A stretch of 64,000 nt of DNA from Crocinitomicaceae bacterium (lineage in GTDB: Bacteria; Bacteroidota; Bacteroidia; Flavobacteriales_D; Crocinitomicaceae), in NCBI GenBank assembly GCA_040379705.1, contig JBEIKR010000001.1, forward strand, positions 13,973-77,972, in the 5' to 3' direction. Each line of letters opens with the position of its first letter. The first letter of the stretch is position 1. Shown here one piece after another: positions 55,653 to 64,000 of this stretch. A program made the translations under genes and the position numbers. The notes under the pieces are model-generated. The model did not search any database. It worked only from the letters and a program-made list of their open reading frames with translations, and had not been told where the DNA came from.

Positions 55653-57638
55653 TCAATGAATTGAGAGTGGTAATTTAAATGTTTGTGTTTTGCTTAGGTT
55701 CATAAAATCATCCAATAGCGCATCCCCCTCATCGATGTGGTTTTTAATGGCATCTTTTCGTATTTCATAATAATGTTCAAATACCTCCTCAGTGGTTTCC
55801 TCCCAGTCTTGGTGAGACAGAAGTGTTAATAAATAGGCTGCATCTTCGAGTGCAGAGTTGGCACCTTGACTTGTGAAAGCAAGAAGTGGATGCGCTGAAT
55901 CCCCCAGAAAAACTAGATTCTTGTAGTGAAAAGTAGGCAGTAAATCCATGCGGTGTGCCGTCCATAAAAAGGCTTTTGTAAAATCTGTAGCCTCGACCAA
56001 TTGCTTGAATTCAGAAGGATAATTTAATGCACTTCGGGTAACATACTCCATTAAATATGAAGCTTCAGACCCAAGCACTGGGTCAAGCTCTTGATTGATT
56101 TGAAGGTACCAAATGTAATTTCCATCGCCAAGCGGCAGAAGCCCCATGAACTTGCCATTCGCAGCGTCTATCACCTTTAAAAAAACATCTTGATCAACCA
56201 TTAAATCGGGAAGATAGGCCGTACCAACGATTTCTCGTTCTGGTAGCATCTCCAATTCACTTTCAGGAAAAAGTTGTGTGCGCAGTTTTGAACGAATACC
56301 ATCAGATGCAAAATACACTTCAGACCTAACTAACTGATTATTTGACAATTGTACGCTTTTCACAGCGCTATTGTTAGTGTCTATTTCTTGGGCTTCTACG
56401 CCATACTGTGTATAATCTTCTGTGACTCTAGAATTAAACAGCCTAAAATAATCATCCCGACTTATGGCAATACAATTTGTTAATTCTTGTTCAGCTAAAA
56501 CACGATTTGCAGGAGAGATTGCACGGAAAAGGTTAATAGAATTTCCTCTTTTAAAAAGGTCACTTTTCAAGCCAATGGCATCCAATGCATTGATTCCATT
56601 TTTAAGTAAAATAAAACCAAGTCCGCGAAAGCTATTTTGTTGTTGTCGGTCAATTGAATTTGGCATCATTCCACTCATTTCCAAAATGGCCTTAATGTAT
56701 GTCCCACATACACCAGTGCCAAGAATCGCAGCATTGTTAAATAGAAAGCCATCTTTTTTCAATTTGAATGGCGTCTTATTGTTGCGATAGTATTCAATGA
56801 TCCCGTGCAGTTCCTTTATGATCACACCCTCTTTCAACAAGCTCCGAAGTTCTTGACGCACCAATTTTTCTCGAAAGCCGCTGAGCAATATGATTTCCGA
56901 TAAACTCAAACGTTCATAATCATTCAGCACCTCAGAAACCAAGCGTGTTTTCACAAGTTTCCTGGGATTACCATTGGTAAGCTCGTTGAGAATTCGCTCC
57001 CAATCGGCATACATATCCATCAAGGAAACATTCTCTGAAAGGTCGATTCCTTTGGCAATATCACCATCCTCATTGATAAAAATTAGTGCTGGATAATGGG
57101 TAACATTGAATTGCTTTCTGTCGTGCTTGGCCTCAACAAACTTTTGAAAAACGGCAGCACTTGCCATGTCAGCAAGAAACGTTGGGATCTCAAGTCCAAC
57201 TTGAAGAGCAGCAGTCACCAAATGGCGCTTTTCGCTAATGTCTTTATTTTGAAGAAACAGCATTTCTCTGACCACGCGAATAAATTTCACTGCTTTTTCA
57301 GGACTTTGCATTTCTGCAGCGTAAAAAGCCAAGGATGCCGGTGTGGATGATGCGACAGGTTTCTTTGACCAGATACTGCCGTCGAGTTGAATGCCATACC
57401 GCTGTGATTCGGAATCCCAAAGCTTTTGTAGATACGCAGATGATTTCTCAGGGTTGTTTCCCGCGAAACCCTCCCAAGACTCAAGCAATCCGCCCATTCG
57501 CGTTTCGTAATCGATGGTGACTGAATATTCACTCAACAACTTTTTTACATATGAATCTACGATCCAACATGTAGAGCAAACAGGATCAGAAAAGTAGATT
57601 AAATTAACCCGAGTCTTATTCAGCTTCATATCTATCAT
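55653..57638 (-). CDS. fusion protein: DsbA/FrnE-like thioredoxin-fold domain, linker, and FAD-dependent monooxygenase domain
   Basis: The N-terminus is IYFSDPVCSTCW (CxxC) ...THYPALIFINEDGD. The mid-region has ILGTGVCG (GxGxxG). The C-terminus has FLGDSAHPLLAFTSQGANSALEDA (the GD..H.....GQG.N...ED FAD fingerprint); 661 aa. Confidence 0.7.
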   Translation of the reverse strand: MIDMKLNKTRVNLIYFSDPVCSTCWIVDSYVKKLLSEYSVTIDYETRMGGLLESWEGFAGNNPEKSSAYLQKLWDSESQRYGIQLDGSIWSKKPVASSTPASLAFYAAEMQSPEKAVKFIRVVREMLFLQNKDISEKRHLVTAALQVGLEIPTFLADMASAAVFQKFVEAKHDRKQFNVTHYPALIFINEDGDIAKGIDLSENVSLMDMYADWERILNELTNGNPRKLVKTRLVSEVLNDYERLSLSEIILLSGFREKLVRQELRSLLKEGVIIKELHGIIEYYRNNKTPFKLKKDGFLFNNAAILGTGVCGTYIKAILEMSGMMPNSIDRQQQNSFRGLGFILLKNGINALDAIGLKSDLFKRGNSINLFRAISPANRVLAEQELTNCIAISRDDYFRLFNSRVTEDYTQYGVEAQEIDTNNSAVKSVQLSNNQLVRSEVYFASDGIRSKLRTQLFPESELEMLPEREIVGTAYLPDLMVDQDVFLKVIDAANGKFMGLLPLGDGNYIWYLQINQELDPVLGSEASYLMEYVTRSALNYPSEFKQLVEATDFTKAFLWTAHRMDLLPTFHYKNLVFLGDSAHPLLAFTSQGANSALEDAAYLLTLLSHQDWEETTEEVFEHYYEIRKDAIKNHIDEGDALLDDFMNLSKTQTFKLPLSIH

Positions 57639-57703
57639 TCAGCAGTAGTTTTGCCCAGTGTCAAATTGAGCGGATACAAAGTACTGAATATCTATGTAAA
57701 AAC

Positions 57704-57735
57704 AAAACGCGGTCAATAGAAATCAACCGCGTTTT
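57704..57735 (-). terminator. candidate rho-independent terminator after metK
   Basis: AAAACGCGGT, a 12-nt loop, then ACCGCGTTTT. On the minus strand the stem is followed by TTTTGTTTTT. It lies 23 nt after the metK stop. Confidence 0.6.
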
Positions 57736-57757
57736 AATATAAAATAGAATGTTTTTG

Positions 57758-59014
57758 TTACAATCCGAAAGCTGATTTCACTTGATCAACATAATCCAAG
57801 GCTTCCCATGTAAACAATTCAACTTCAAGTGTTTTGATTTTACCATCTGGTGCTTCGAAAGACTTTGTTACTTTCTCATGTTTACGACCCATGTGTCCAT
57901 AAGCTGCTGTTTCAGAATAGATCGGGTTACGCAATTTCAAACGTTGCTCGATAAAGTAAGGACGCATATCGAAGATTCCTTCAATTTTCTTCGCGATTTC
58001 TCCATCTGTCAAATCTACCTTCGAAGTACCTTTTGTATCAATGAACAAACCGCATGGTTTCGCTACACCGATTGCATAAGAAACCTGTACAAGTACTTCG
58101 TCGCACAAACCAGCTGCCACCATGTTTTTCGCAATGTGACGTGTTGCGTATGCTGCAGAACGATCCACTTTTGATGGATCTTTTCCAGAGAATGCGCCAC
58201 CCCCGTGAGCACCTTTACCTCCATACGTATCAACGATAATTTTACGTCCCGTTAAGCCTGTGTCTCCGTGAGGTCCACCGATAACAAATTTACCTGTTGG
58301 GTTAATATGATATGTAATTTGGTCGTTGAATAATGCTTGAAGTTCAGGCTTCAACTTTGCTTTTACACGTGGAATTACGATATTAATGATATCTTCTTTA
58401 ATCTTCGCCAACATTGCATCTTCTTCATCGAAATCATCATGTTGCGTAGAAACTACAATTGTATCAATTCGTTGTGGAACATTGTCGTCAGAATATTCAA
58501 TGGTCACCTGAGACTTCGCATCTGGGCGAAGGTATCCGATCAATTCTGGCTCATTGTTGCGAATCGCGGAAAGCTCTTGAAGAATCTTGTGTGCAAGATC
58601 CAATGCCAATGGCATATAGTTTTCAGTTTCGCGTGTTGCATAACCGAACATCATCCCTTGGTCACCTGCACCTTGCTCTTCTGGGTTCGTGCGCTCCACA
58701 CCTTGGTTGATATCCGACGACTGATCGTGCAATGCAGACAAGATTCCACATGAAGCAGCATCAAACATGTATTCCGACTTCGTGTATCCGATTTTCTTAA
58801 TTGTTTCGCGTGTGATTTTCTGAACATCCAAGAAAGTATCTGTTTTAATCTCTCCAGCGAGAACAACTTGACCTGTAGTTACAAGGGTTTCACATGCCAC
58901 TTTTGACTGTGGATCGAAAGCCATGAAATGATCGATCAAAGCATCTGAGATCTGATCTGCTACTTTATCCGGGTGCCCTTCGGAAACGGATTCTGATGTG
59001 AAAAGGTATGACAT
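57758..59014 (-). CDS. metK: S-adenosylmethionine synthetase
   Basis: [52 protein letters not shown]; 418 aa. Confidence 0.96.
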   Translation of the reverse strand: MSYLFTSESVSEGHPDKVADQISDALIDHFMAFDPQSKVACETLVTTGQVVLAGEIKTDTFLDVQKITRETIKKIGYTKSEYMFDAASCGILSALHDQSSDINQGVERTNPEEQGAGDQGMMFGYATRETENYMPLALDLAHKILQELSAIRNNEPELIGYLRPDAKSQVTIEYSDDNVPQRIDTIVVSTQHDDFDEEDAMLAKIKEDIINIVIPRVKAKLKPELQALFNDQITYHINPTGKFVIGGPHGDTGLTGRKIIVDTYGGKGAHGGGAFSGKDPSKVDRSAAYATRHIAKNMVAAGLCDEVLVQVSYAIGVAKPCGLFIDTKGTSKVDLTDGEIAKKIEGIFDMRPYFIEQRLKLRNPIYSETAAYGHMGRKHEKVTKSFEAPDGKIKTLEVELFTWEALDYVDQVKSAFGL

Positions 59015-59040
59015 GTTTAACGTGTAAATGATTTAGTGCG

Positions 59041-59048
59041 CAAATTTA
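59041..59048 (-). promoter_or_regulatory. candidate -7 promoter box (TAnnTTTG) for metK
   Basis: The minus strand reads TAAATTTG, 26 nt upstream of the metK ATG at 59014. This is a motif match only. Confidence 0.3.
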
Positions 59049-59097
59049 GTAAAGAAATAGGAAAGACGAAAATTGTGAGGCATGAAAGATAGCGAAC

Positions 59098-59520
59098 TTA
59101 AAGGTTCTTCATCCCATTTGGCTGACAACACTTCGGTAAACTGAGTTGTGCCTTGGACTCGGCCTTCACTTCATCCGCATCATACCCTATGGCAGAAATG
59201 GCTTCTTTCACCTGTTGCAGGCTAATTTTTTTCGTAGCAAACTTTACTGTGACCTTCTTCGTTTCCAAATCCAATTCTGCAAAAACAACCCCCTTGGTAT
59301 AGTTAAGCGCCTCCTCGATACGGTCTTTGCAATCTCCACATTCTGCAGATGTTTGAATCACCACAGTTTGGAATTTTTGCTCCTTTTCTTGGGCCTGTGC
59401 AACACCTATCGTGAAGAGCGTAAGTAAAAGAACGATTAAGGGTTTGATGCCAAAGGAAATTTGATTCCGGAGGAAATTTGATTCCGGAGGAAATTTGATG
59501 GCAAAGCCAATTTGATGCAT
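59098..59520 (-). CDS. heavy-metal-associated (HMA) domain protein, secreted; start codon uncertain
   Basis: A signal-like segment PLIVLLLTLFTIGVAQAQ is followed by an HMA fold with a CGDC metal-binding CxxC (TSAECGDCKDRIEEAL...VKFATKKISLQQVKEAISAIGYDA). The only in-frame ATG upstream of the signal segment is at 59520, inside the 17-bp repeat array. Confidence 0.65.
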   Translation of the reverse strand: MHQIGFAIKFPPESNFLRNQISFGIKPLIVLLLTLFTIGVAQAQEKEQKFQTVVIQTSAECGDCKDRIEEALNYTKGVVFAELDLETKKVTVKFATKKISLQQVKEAISAIGYDADEVKAESKAQLSLPKCCQPNGMKNL

Positions 59521-59591
59521 GCGGCAATTTGATGCCTGCGGCAATTTGATGCCTGCGGCAATTCGATGATTTGGTGCCGTGCGGCAATTTT
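59446..59591. repeat. Seven tandem degenerate 17-bp units (GATNCNNNNGNNAATTT) plus one irregular unit
   Basis: The units start at 59446, 59463, 59480, 59497, 59514, 59531 and 59548. Units 2 and 3 are identical (GATTCCGGAGGAAATTT). Units 6 and 7 differ at 1 nt. Confidence 0.9.
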
Positions 59592-59665
59592 CAATTCGTG
59601 TCATTGCTGATAATTTTTCGTTCGCATTTTTTTAATTTGATACTGCGCAATTTGGATATTACGGA

Positions 59666-59750
59666 ATTGTAATTCGTAATTCGTGGCATCGAGAACCTCA
59701 GCCACCAAATTCGTAATTCGTAATTCGTAATTTATAACTCGTCATTCATA
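59666..59750. repeat. REP-like element: AATTCGT heptads flanking the hairpin GTGGCATCGAG-AAC-CTCAGCCAC
   Basis: GTAATTCGTAATTCGTGGCATCGAGAACCTCAGCCACCAAATTCGTAATTCGTAATTCGTAATTTATAACTCGTCATTCATAAC ends 4 nt before the TBDR stop codon at 59755. Confidence 0.85.
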
Positions 59751-59754
59751 ACCC

Positions 59755-61965
59755 CTAACCCTTACCACTCCGTTTCAACGAATACCTCACCCCAAGATAC
59801 ACATTTATTCCCATTACCGGTCCCCAGATGCGTGTGGCATCGAAATCTGAGCCGAATGGATTTGCAGCATCAACGATTGGATTCATTTGACGGAAGTTGG
59901 TCAAATTCTCACCGCCGAGATAGAAATTCCACTTTTTGTAAATGTGGGTAATTTGCGCGTTGACTATTGGATAGGTTGGACTTTGAAGATTCTGCAATCC
60001 AGGTTCCAATCCAGGCAGGGCTGTCAGCCGTGAGGTGCCGTACACTGAAGCTGTGAGGTCAAATTCCCAGCGTTTGTTCCGTGTATAATAGGCGGCATTG
60101 AAAAAACCACGGTGACGAGGTACCATCACTTGTTGCTGGACGACACCGCCAAATTCCGACTTCACAACCAAAAATTTATAGGCGAAACGCAGTTCCAAAT
60201 TTTTCAGTGGAGCGATGGTCAATTCCGACTGAAAACTATTGGAGTAAGAAACGCCATTTAAGTTTACGAAACGAATTTGAGCACTCGAAAAATCGCGGTC
60301 AACGACGAGTTGATTTTCAAAAAAGGTGTGGTAGAAATCGATGGTGAGGTTTGCTTTTCGCTGAAACAATTTGAATTCTTGTACCAAAGACCCACCGAAG
60401 TTCCAAGAAATCTCGGGCAATAAATCAGTTGGTGCAATCCAAGTACGCGAAGATGCAAGTAAGGATAAATTATCGATCATGTAATTCGGCACTCGCCACC
60501 CCTTGCCAGCCGTGAACCGAACATCCAATTTTTCGGTGAGTGTATATTTGGTATGTAGACGTGGTGAAAACTGAAAACCATATAAATTGTGGTAATCCCC
60601 CCGAGCACCAAGCACTGCAGATAGTCGCATTCCTGTGTAGGTGTATTCAGCAAAAGCCCCTGGAACAATCTCAAGACGGTCCGTTTTTAATTCGTCTAGA
60701 TTTTGTACCATATCAACAATTACCCCACTGGCACCTAACTTTATTTTATGGTCTGTGGTGCCAATGATTCCGTCATAAATGGCATTGATATACCCGCGTT
60801 TTTCCTCGCCATAAAACTGCCGAAGTCCGAAGGTGGCATCTACGGTTTGGTATTTCACGTTGTAAACGATGCCAATTGAATTTGTTGGTTTCTTCAAGAA
60901 AAATCCTGTTTTCGCAAAAGCATCGATGTGTTTCGTTGCGATGGAAACACCATACATCAATGGCAAATCGTCACCACTTTTGAATCCGATTTGACCACCC
61001 AACTTTTCGTCATAGTAGGCGTTGAATCCAAACTGTGCTTCCATTTTTTTACCGCGATAGTCCCAACGATTGAGAAAAGAAGCCGCTTTACCCATCGGTA
61101 AGTCCCGAAATCCATCGCCATTGTTGTCCATGTCTGCAAAAACTCCAGAAGCATGCGCCATCCATCCTGTGCTCCACTTCTCATTAAGGATGTGACCCGC
61201 ATTAAGGTTTAGTTCGGCCCGACCAAAGATGTTTCCATACGCATTGGCATAAAACCGTTCCATTTCTCGGGGCTTTTTCAATTCAAGATTAATCAAGCCC
61301 GCCATGGATTCGTAGCCATTGGCGACATTGCCTGTACCCTTTGTAATTTGAATGGATTCAATCCACGTTCCCGGTATTGAATTGAGTCCAAAAGCACTTT
61401 CCAATCCACGTAAGTAAGGAATATTCTCCATTTGAATTTGGGTGTAAACCCCGTCGATTCCCATCATTCGAATTTTCCGAGCACCAGAGACTGCATCAGC
61501 GATACTTACATCTACAGAAGCATTCGTCTCAAAAGACTCGGACAGATTACAGCATGCCGCTTTGCGCAATTCAGACGAAGTCAATTCTTCCACATGCAAA
61601 GTCTTCAATCGAGAAATTGAATGCGAATTCCGTCGGATTTCTACCACCATTTCTGGGAGTAGTTGATCCGAATACAGGGTAATTTCCAACGAAATGAAGC
61701 GGTCCGATTTCCCAACAACAAGGGTGTCAGAAGCGTAGCCCAATGCAGAAATCACCAAGGTGTCTGGTAGCTGTTTAGGAAGACTTAGTTCAAAGGTTCC
61801 TTCTTCTGAGGTAACTGCTCCCTGTCCTGACTGAAGTAATTTTAATTTTGCTCCATAGAGCGGTGTTTTATTCGTATTGTTCGATCCGAAAACAATGCCC
61901 TTCATCTGCCCGAAGAGGCTCGTTCCCATGAGTATGAACAACATTATACTCAAGATTTTTTTCAT
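59755..61965 (-). CDS. TonB-dependent receptor with an N-terminal carboxypeptidase-regulatory-like domain
   Basis: It has a signal peptide, then GIVFG....PLYGAKLKLL..G.GAVTSEEGTFEL. A plug region (IRMMGIDGVYTQIQMENIP..RG) is followed by a 22-strand-type barrel sequence; 736 aa. Confidence 0.88.
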   Translation of the reverse strand: MKKILSIMLFILMGTSLFGQMKGIVFGSNNTNKTPLYGAKLKLLQSGQGAVTSEEGTFELSLPKQLPDTLVISALGYASDTLVVGKSDRFISLEITLYSDQLLPEMVVEIRRNSHSISRLKTLHVEELTSSELRKAACCNLSESFETNASVDVSIADAVSGARKIRMMGIDGVYTQIQMENIPYLRGLESAFGLNSIPGTWIESIQITKGTGNVANGYESMAGLINLELKKPREMERFYANAYGNIFGRAELNLNAGHILNEKWSTGWMAHASGVFADMDNNGDGFRDLPMGKAASFLNRWDYRGKKMEAQFGFNAYYDEKLGGQIGFKSGDDLPLMYGVSIATKHIDAFAKTGFFLKKPTNSIGIVYNVKYQTVDATFGLRQFYGEEKRGYINAIYDGIIGTTDHKIKLGASGVIVDMVQNLDELKTDRLEIVPGAFAEYTYTGMRLSAVLGARGDYHNLYGFQFSPRLHTKYTLTEKLDVRFTAGKGWRVPNYMIDNLSLLASSRTWIAPTDLLPEISWNFGGSLVQEFKLFQRKANLTIDFYHTFFENQLVVDRDFSSAQIRFVNLNGVSYSNSFQSELTIAPLKNLELRFAYKFLVVKSEFGGVVQQQVMVPRHRGFFNAAYYTRNKRWEFDLTASVYGTSRLTALPGLEPGLQNLQSPTYPIVNAQITHIYKKWNFYLGGENLTNFRQMNPIVDAANPFGSDFDATRIWGPVMGINVYLGVRYSLKRSGKG

Positions 61966-62009
61966 AAAATGTCTTTAAAATGAATGATTCGCGTCAATTC
62001 ATTCGGACA

Positions 62010-62453
62010 CTAAATGCGGTACGTACAAAGATGATTGAGAAGATATTTGCCCGAGGGTTTGGGTGGTGGATCCACGTAAGATAGGATCCGGACTTCGAAC
62101 AAATTGTTGCTGGTTTGGAAAAGATTGAATGTCCCATTTTCATGAATTTCAGCCAATTCAACGGCCACTTTATCCCATGAAAAAAAGTCAAAAGACACCT
62201 TAAACACATCCACCTCATCGGTACAGCAATTCTCCTTTACTGTAACTCCACATGATTTTTCTGCAGACTTCTGACAACACGGAGGTAGTGTTTCCAGTAC
62301 CTTTTCACCCTTACAATGCGATTGATTTTCAATGAAATAAGAACGAAATATTCCATCTTCAGAGCAAGAATGTGTGAACACGCGAACACCAATGTTTCCC
62401 AAAAAGGCAAACAGCACAAAGGCAATAATGGATATACGTGTTATCGGATTCAC
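62010..62453 (-). CDS. small Cys-rich membrane protein (possibly the HYC_CC_PP family); start uncertain
   Basis: A TM helix ISIIAFVLFAFLGNIGV is followed by THSC, PPCC, NCC and DPPP motifs. I chose the GTG at 62453 because the tracked start at 62585 would overlap the divergent NifU gene. The family name is recalled from memory and not verified. Confidence 0.5.
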   Translation of the reverse strand: MNPITRISIIAFVLFAFLGNIGVRVFTHSCSEDGIFRSYFIENQSHCKGEKVLETLPPCCQKSAEKSCGVTVKENCCTDEVDVFKVSFDFFSWDKVAVELAEIHENGTFNLFQTSNNLFEVRILSYVDPPPKPSGKYLLNHLCTYRI

Positions 62454-62548
62454 AGGACAAAAGTAGGTCAATAAATTCTGAATTTCAAACAGCGTCACAT
62501 TAGGCACTGTCCGAATATTGGCGTAATTTTGCACCAAAGAAAAACGCC

Positions 62549-63145
62549 ATGAATGTTCCTGTAACTGTATATGCTGAAATGACACCGAATCCGTCCACGA
62601 TGAAATTTGTGGCGAACAAATATTTGCTCATCACTGGAGATTCCGTAGAGTTTTCTTCAACGGCAGATGCGAAGGGCTTTTCACCATTGGCGGAAGAATT
62701 ATTGAGCTTCCCATTTGTCAAAAACGTATTTCTCGCGGCCAACTTCGTGACAATCACCAAAACGGATAATGTTCCTTGGGACTTCATCACGATGGAAATT
62801 CGTGAGTTCATCAAAGATTTTATCGCAGCAGGAAAAGATGTGTTGATTCAAATGCCCGCACCTAAAGCGGTTGAAACAAACGAAGATCAGCCCAAAAAAG
62901 AATACGCAGTATCTGAATATGACGATGCAATCCGCAGTTTATTGGATGAATATGTTCGTCCAGCAGTAGAAAACGATGGCGGAGCAATTGACTTCCGTGG
63001 ATTTGAAGACGGAACAGTTACTGTGGTGCTCAAAGGCTCCTGCGCGGGTTGTCCTTCATCAACGGCAACATTGAAGGGTGGTATTGAAAACTTATTGAAG
63101 TCGCACCTTCCTGAAGTGAAAGAAGTGGTGGCGGAGAACGAGTAG
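62549..63145 (+). CDS. NifU/Nfu family Fe-S cluster scaffold/carrier protein
   Basis: The Nfu N-terminal domain reads YAEMTPNPSTMKFVAN. The C-terminal NifU domain has RPAVENDGGAIDF......V.LKGSCAGCPSS..TLK.GIE (CxxC). Confidence 0.85.
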   Translation: MNVPVTVYAEMTPNPSTMKFVANKYLLITGDSVEFSSTADAKGFSPLAEELLSFPFVKNVFLAANFVTITKTDNVPWDFITMEIREFIKDFIAAGKDVLIQMPAPKAVETNEDQPKKEYAVSEYDDAIRSLLDEYVRPAVENDGGAIDFRGFEDGTVTVVLKGSCAGCPSSTATLKGGIENLLKSHLPEVKEVVAENE

Positions 63146-63325
63146 GATTTTTTAAGTGACGAGTGTCAAGTTACGAGTTAAGAGTCGGGGAGTTTTAACT
63201 TCATGCTAGAATTCAAAAGATGACGAATCAATCATTCCCGAAAGAATCACGCCACAGCGTACTTGATAGCAAATAGATACAGTCATCAAATTCCCAATAG
63301 AATACAAGATCTTTAAGCTCTAAAT

Positions 63326-63396
63326 GTAATTCGTGGCTTCGAGTATGCTTGCACACCTCAACCACCAAATTCGTAATTCGTAATTCGTAATTCGTA
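63326..63396. repeat. REP-like element: hairpin GTGGCTTCGAG-N15-CCTCAACCAC followed by AATTCGT heptads
   Basis: GTAATTCGTGGCTTCGAGTATGCTTGCACACCTCAACCACCAAATTCGTAATTCGTAATTCGTAATTCGTA ends 1 nt before the stop codon of the GLPGLI gene at 63398. Confidence 0.85.
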
Positions 63397-63397
63397 C

Positions 63398-64000
63398 CTA
63401 AAGCCACGAGAACATTGCCTCGAGATCTTTTGGTTTTACCCATTGTCCCATGCGCTCCATGAGCATTTTCTTGAGTTGTTCTTCGGTATATACTTCTTTA
63501 CCCTCATCGCTATAGTTCATCACTCCAGCAGGCGGTGCCATTGCCTTTACTTCTTTTGCGAAGTACACCACACCCCCATCTTCTGATGCAAGACCAAGAA
63601 TGGCTCCTGGCAATCCGCCAAATCCTTCTGGACCGATGGATGGAACAACGTCAATGGAGAACCACGCATAAATGCGGGTCGAATCGTTCATTTGGTAAAT
63701 TGCTTTTCGGCAGCTGTACCCACTAATGTTTCGTTTGCTGTCGGTCACCTTCCAGTTGCGCTGATCGATGGAATCACTAATGATCGCTTCCGTTCCCCAA
63801 AGATCCATGATGATGTACTTGTGTTGAGAGCTGATATTTTGGTACACCGTATTACGTGTCGTGAAGTATTTCAAAAATCCCTCCACTGGCTCATTATCCG
63901 GAAGTGGCCGGAACAAGCATGTAGAATCACTGAAGAACAATTCGAAGTTCTCGATGCGGTATTTATTTTCCTCAGTGATGAAATTCTTCATGCGTGGATT
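63398..64000 (-). CDS. GLPGLI family protein, probably N-terminally truncated by the window edge
   Basis: It contains FGGLPGAILGL (GLPGLI motif). The frame is open to position 64000. The Met at 63991 gives a product without a signal peptide, so the true start is probably outside the window. Confidence 0.7.
   Translation of the reverse strand, partial: NPRMKNFITEENKYRIENFELFFSDSTCLFRPLPDNEPVEGFLKYFTTRNTVYQNISSQHKYIIMDLWGTEAIISDSIDQRNWKVTDSKRNISGYSCRKAIYQMNDSTRIYAWFSIDVVPSIGPEGFGGLPGAILGLASEDGGVVYFAKEVKAMAPPAGVMNYSDEGKEVYTEEQLKKMLMERMGQWVKPKDLEAMFSWL

Noticed and set aside
59015-59097. SAM riboswitch upstream of metK
   Set aside because: Only 83 nt separate metK from the upstream gene's stop. 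That is too short for a SAM-I aptamer plus expression platform, and I saw no conserved SAM-box helices. Only a TAnnTTTG promoter-like box is present.
63228-63443. 71-aa ORF containing ..GTNYELRITNLVVE..
   Set aside because: It is generated by translating the AATTCGT heptad repeat and the REP-like hairpin, and it overlaps the 3' end of the GLPGLI gene. It is not coding.

Overview
This 64-kb window looks like chromosomal DNA from a Bacteroidota genome, probably Flavobacteriia-like. The evidence is a SusC/SusD pair, type A and type B T9SS C-terminal sorting domains, a PorP/SprF gene, GLPGLI and IPExxxVDY family proteins, and TAnnTTTG -7 boxes in front of several genes. I support about 40 CDS and one tRNA (anticodon CAT). 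I found no rRNA, CRISPR array, transposase or integrase.

Gene content, left to right:
- The end of a polysaccharide utilisation locus: a PKD lipoprotein, SusD and SusC.
- A DevBCA-like ABC exporter with a TolC-family protein.
- A repeat-flanked two-gene module: a coiled-coil lipoprotein and an HDAC-family deacetylase.
- A TlpA-like redoxin and an AT-rich FISUMP-domain protein.
- Two convergent T9SS type B cargo genes of 993 aa and 4380 aa.
- An AT-rich patch next to the tRNA carrying a Bro-N/Fic fusion.
- A radical SAM/SPASM enzyme, a T9SS type A cargo, a secreted NucA-type nuclease and TonB.
- An IPExxxVDY-pyk-cargo-PorP/SprF operon, then gcvP.
- A sortilin/BNR protein with a LolA-like partner.
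- A tight operon of a DsbA/FAD-monooxygenase fusion, a PLP enzyme and an MBL-fold protein.
- metK, a TonB-dependent receptor/HMA/Cys-rich membrane protein metal cluster, NifU and a GLPGLI protein.

The most unusual points:
1. The 13.1-kb cargo gene contains 25 'YQW' modules. Twenty-one of them form seven copies of a three-module super-repeat with an 861-864 bp period and exact DNA runs of about 95 nt.
2. A dispersed REP-like hairpin followed by AATTCGT heptads sits directly after stop codons.
3. Composite repeats bracket a two-gene module.
4. Two 17-bp-type degenerate tandem arrays occur, one of them containing the only in-frame ATG of a metal-binding protein gene.
5. Direct repeats matching the tRNA 3' flank bracket the fic gene, and 95-bp tandem repeats upstream of the tRNA each carry its first 12-13 nt.

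All functional calls come from motif recognition by eye. No database search was run.
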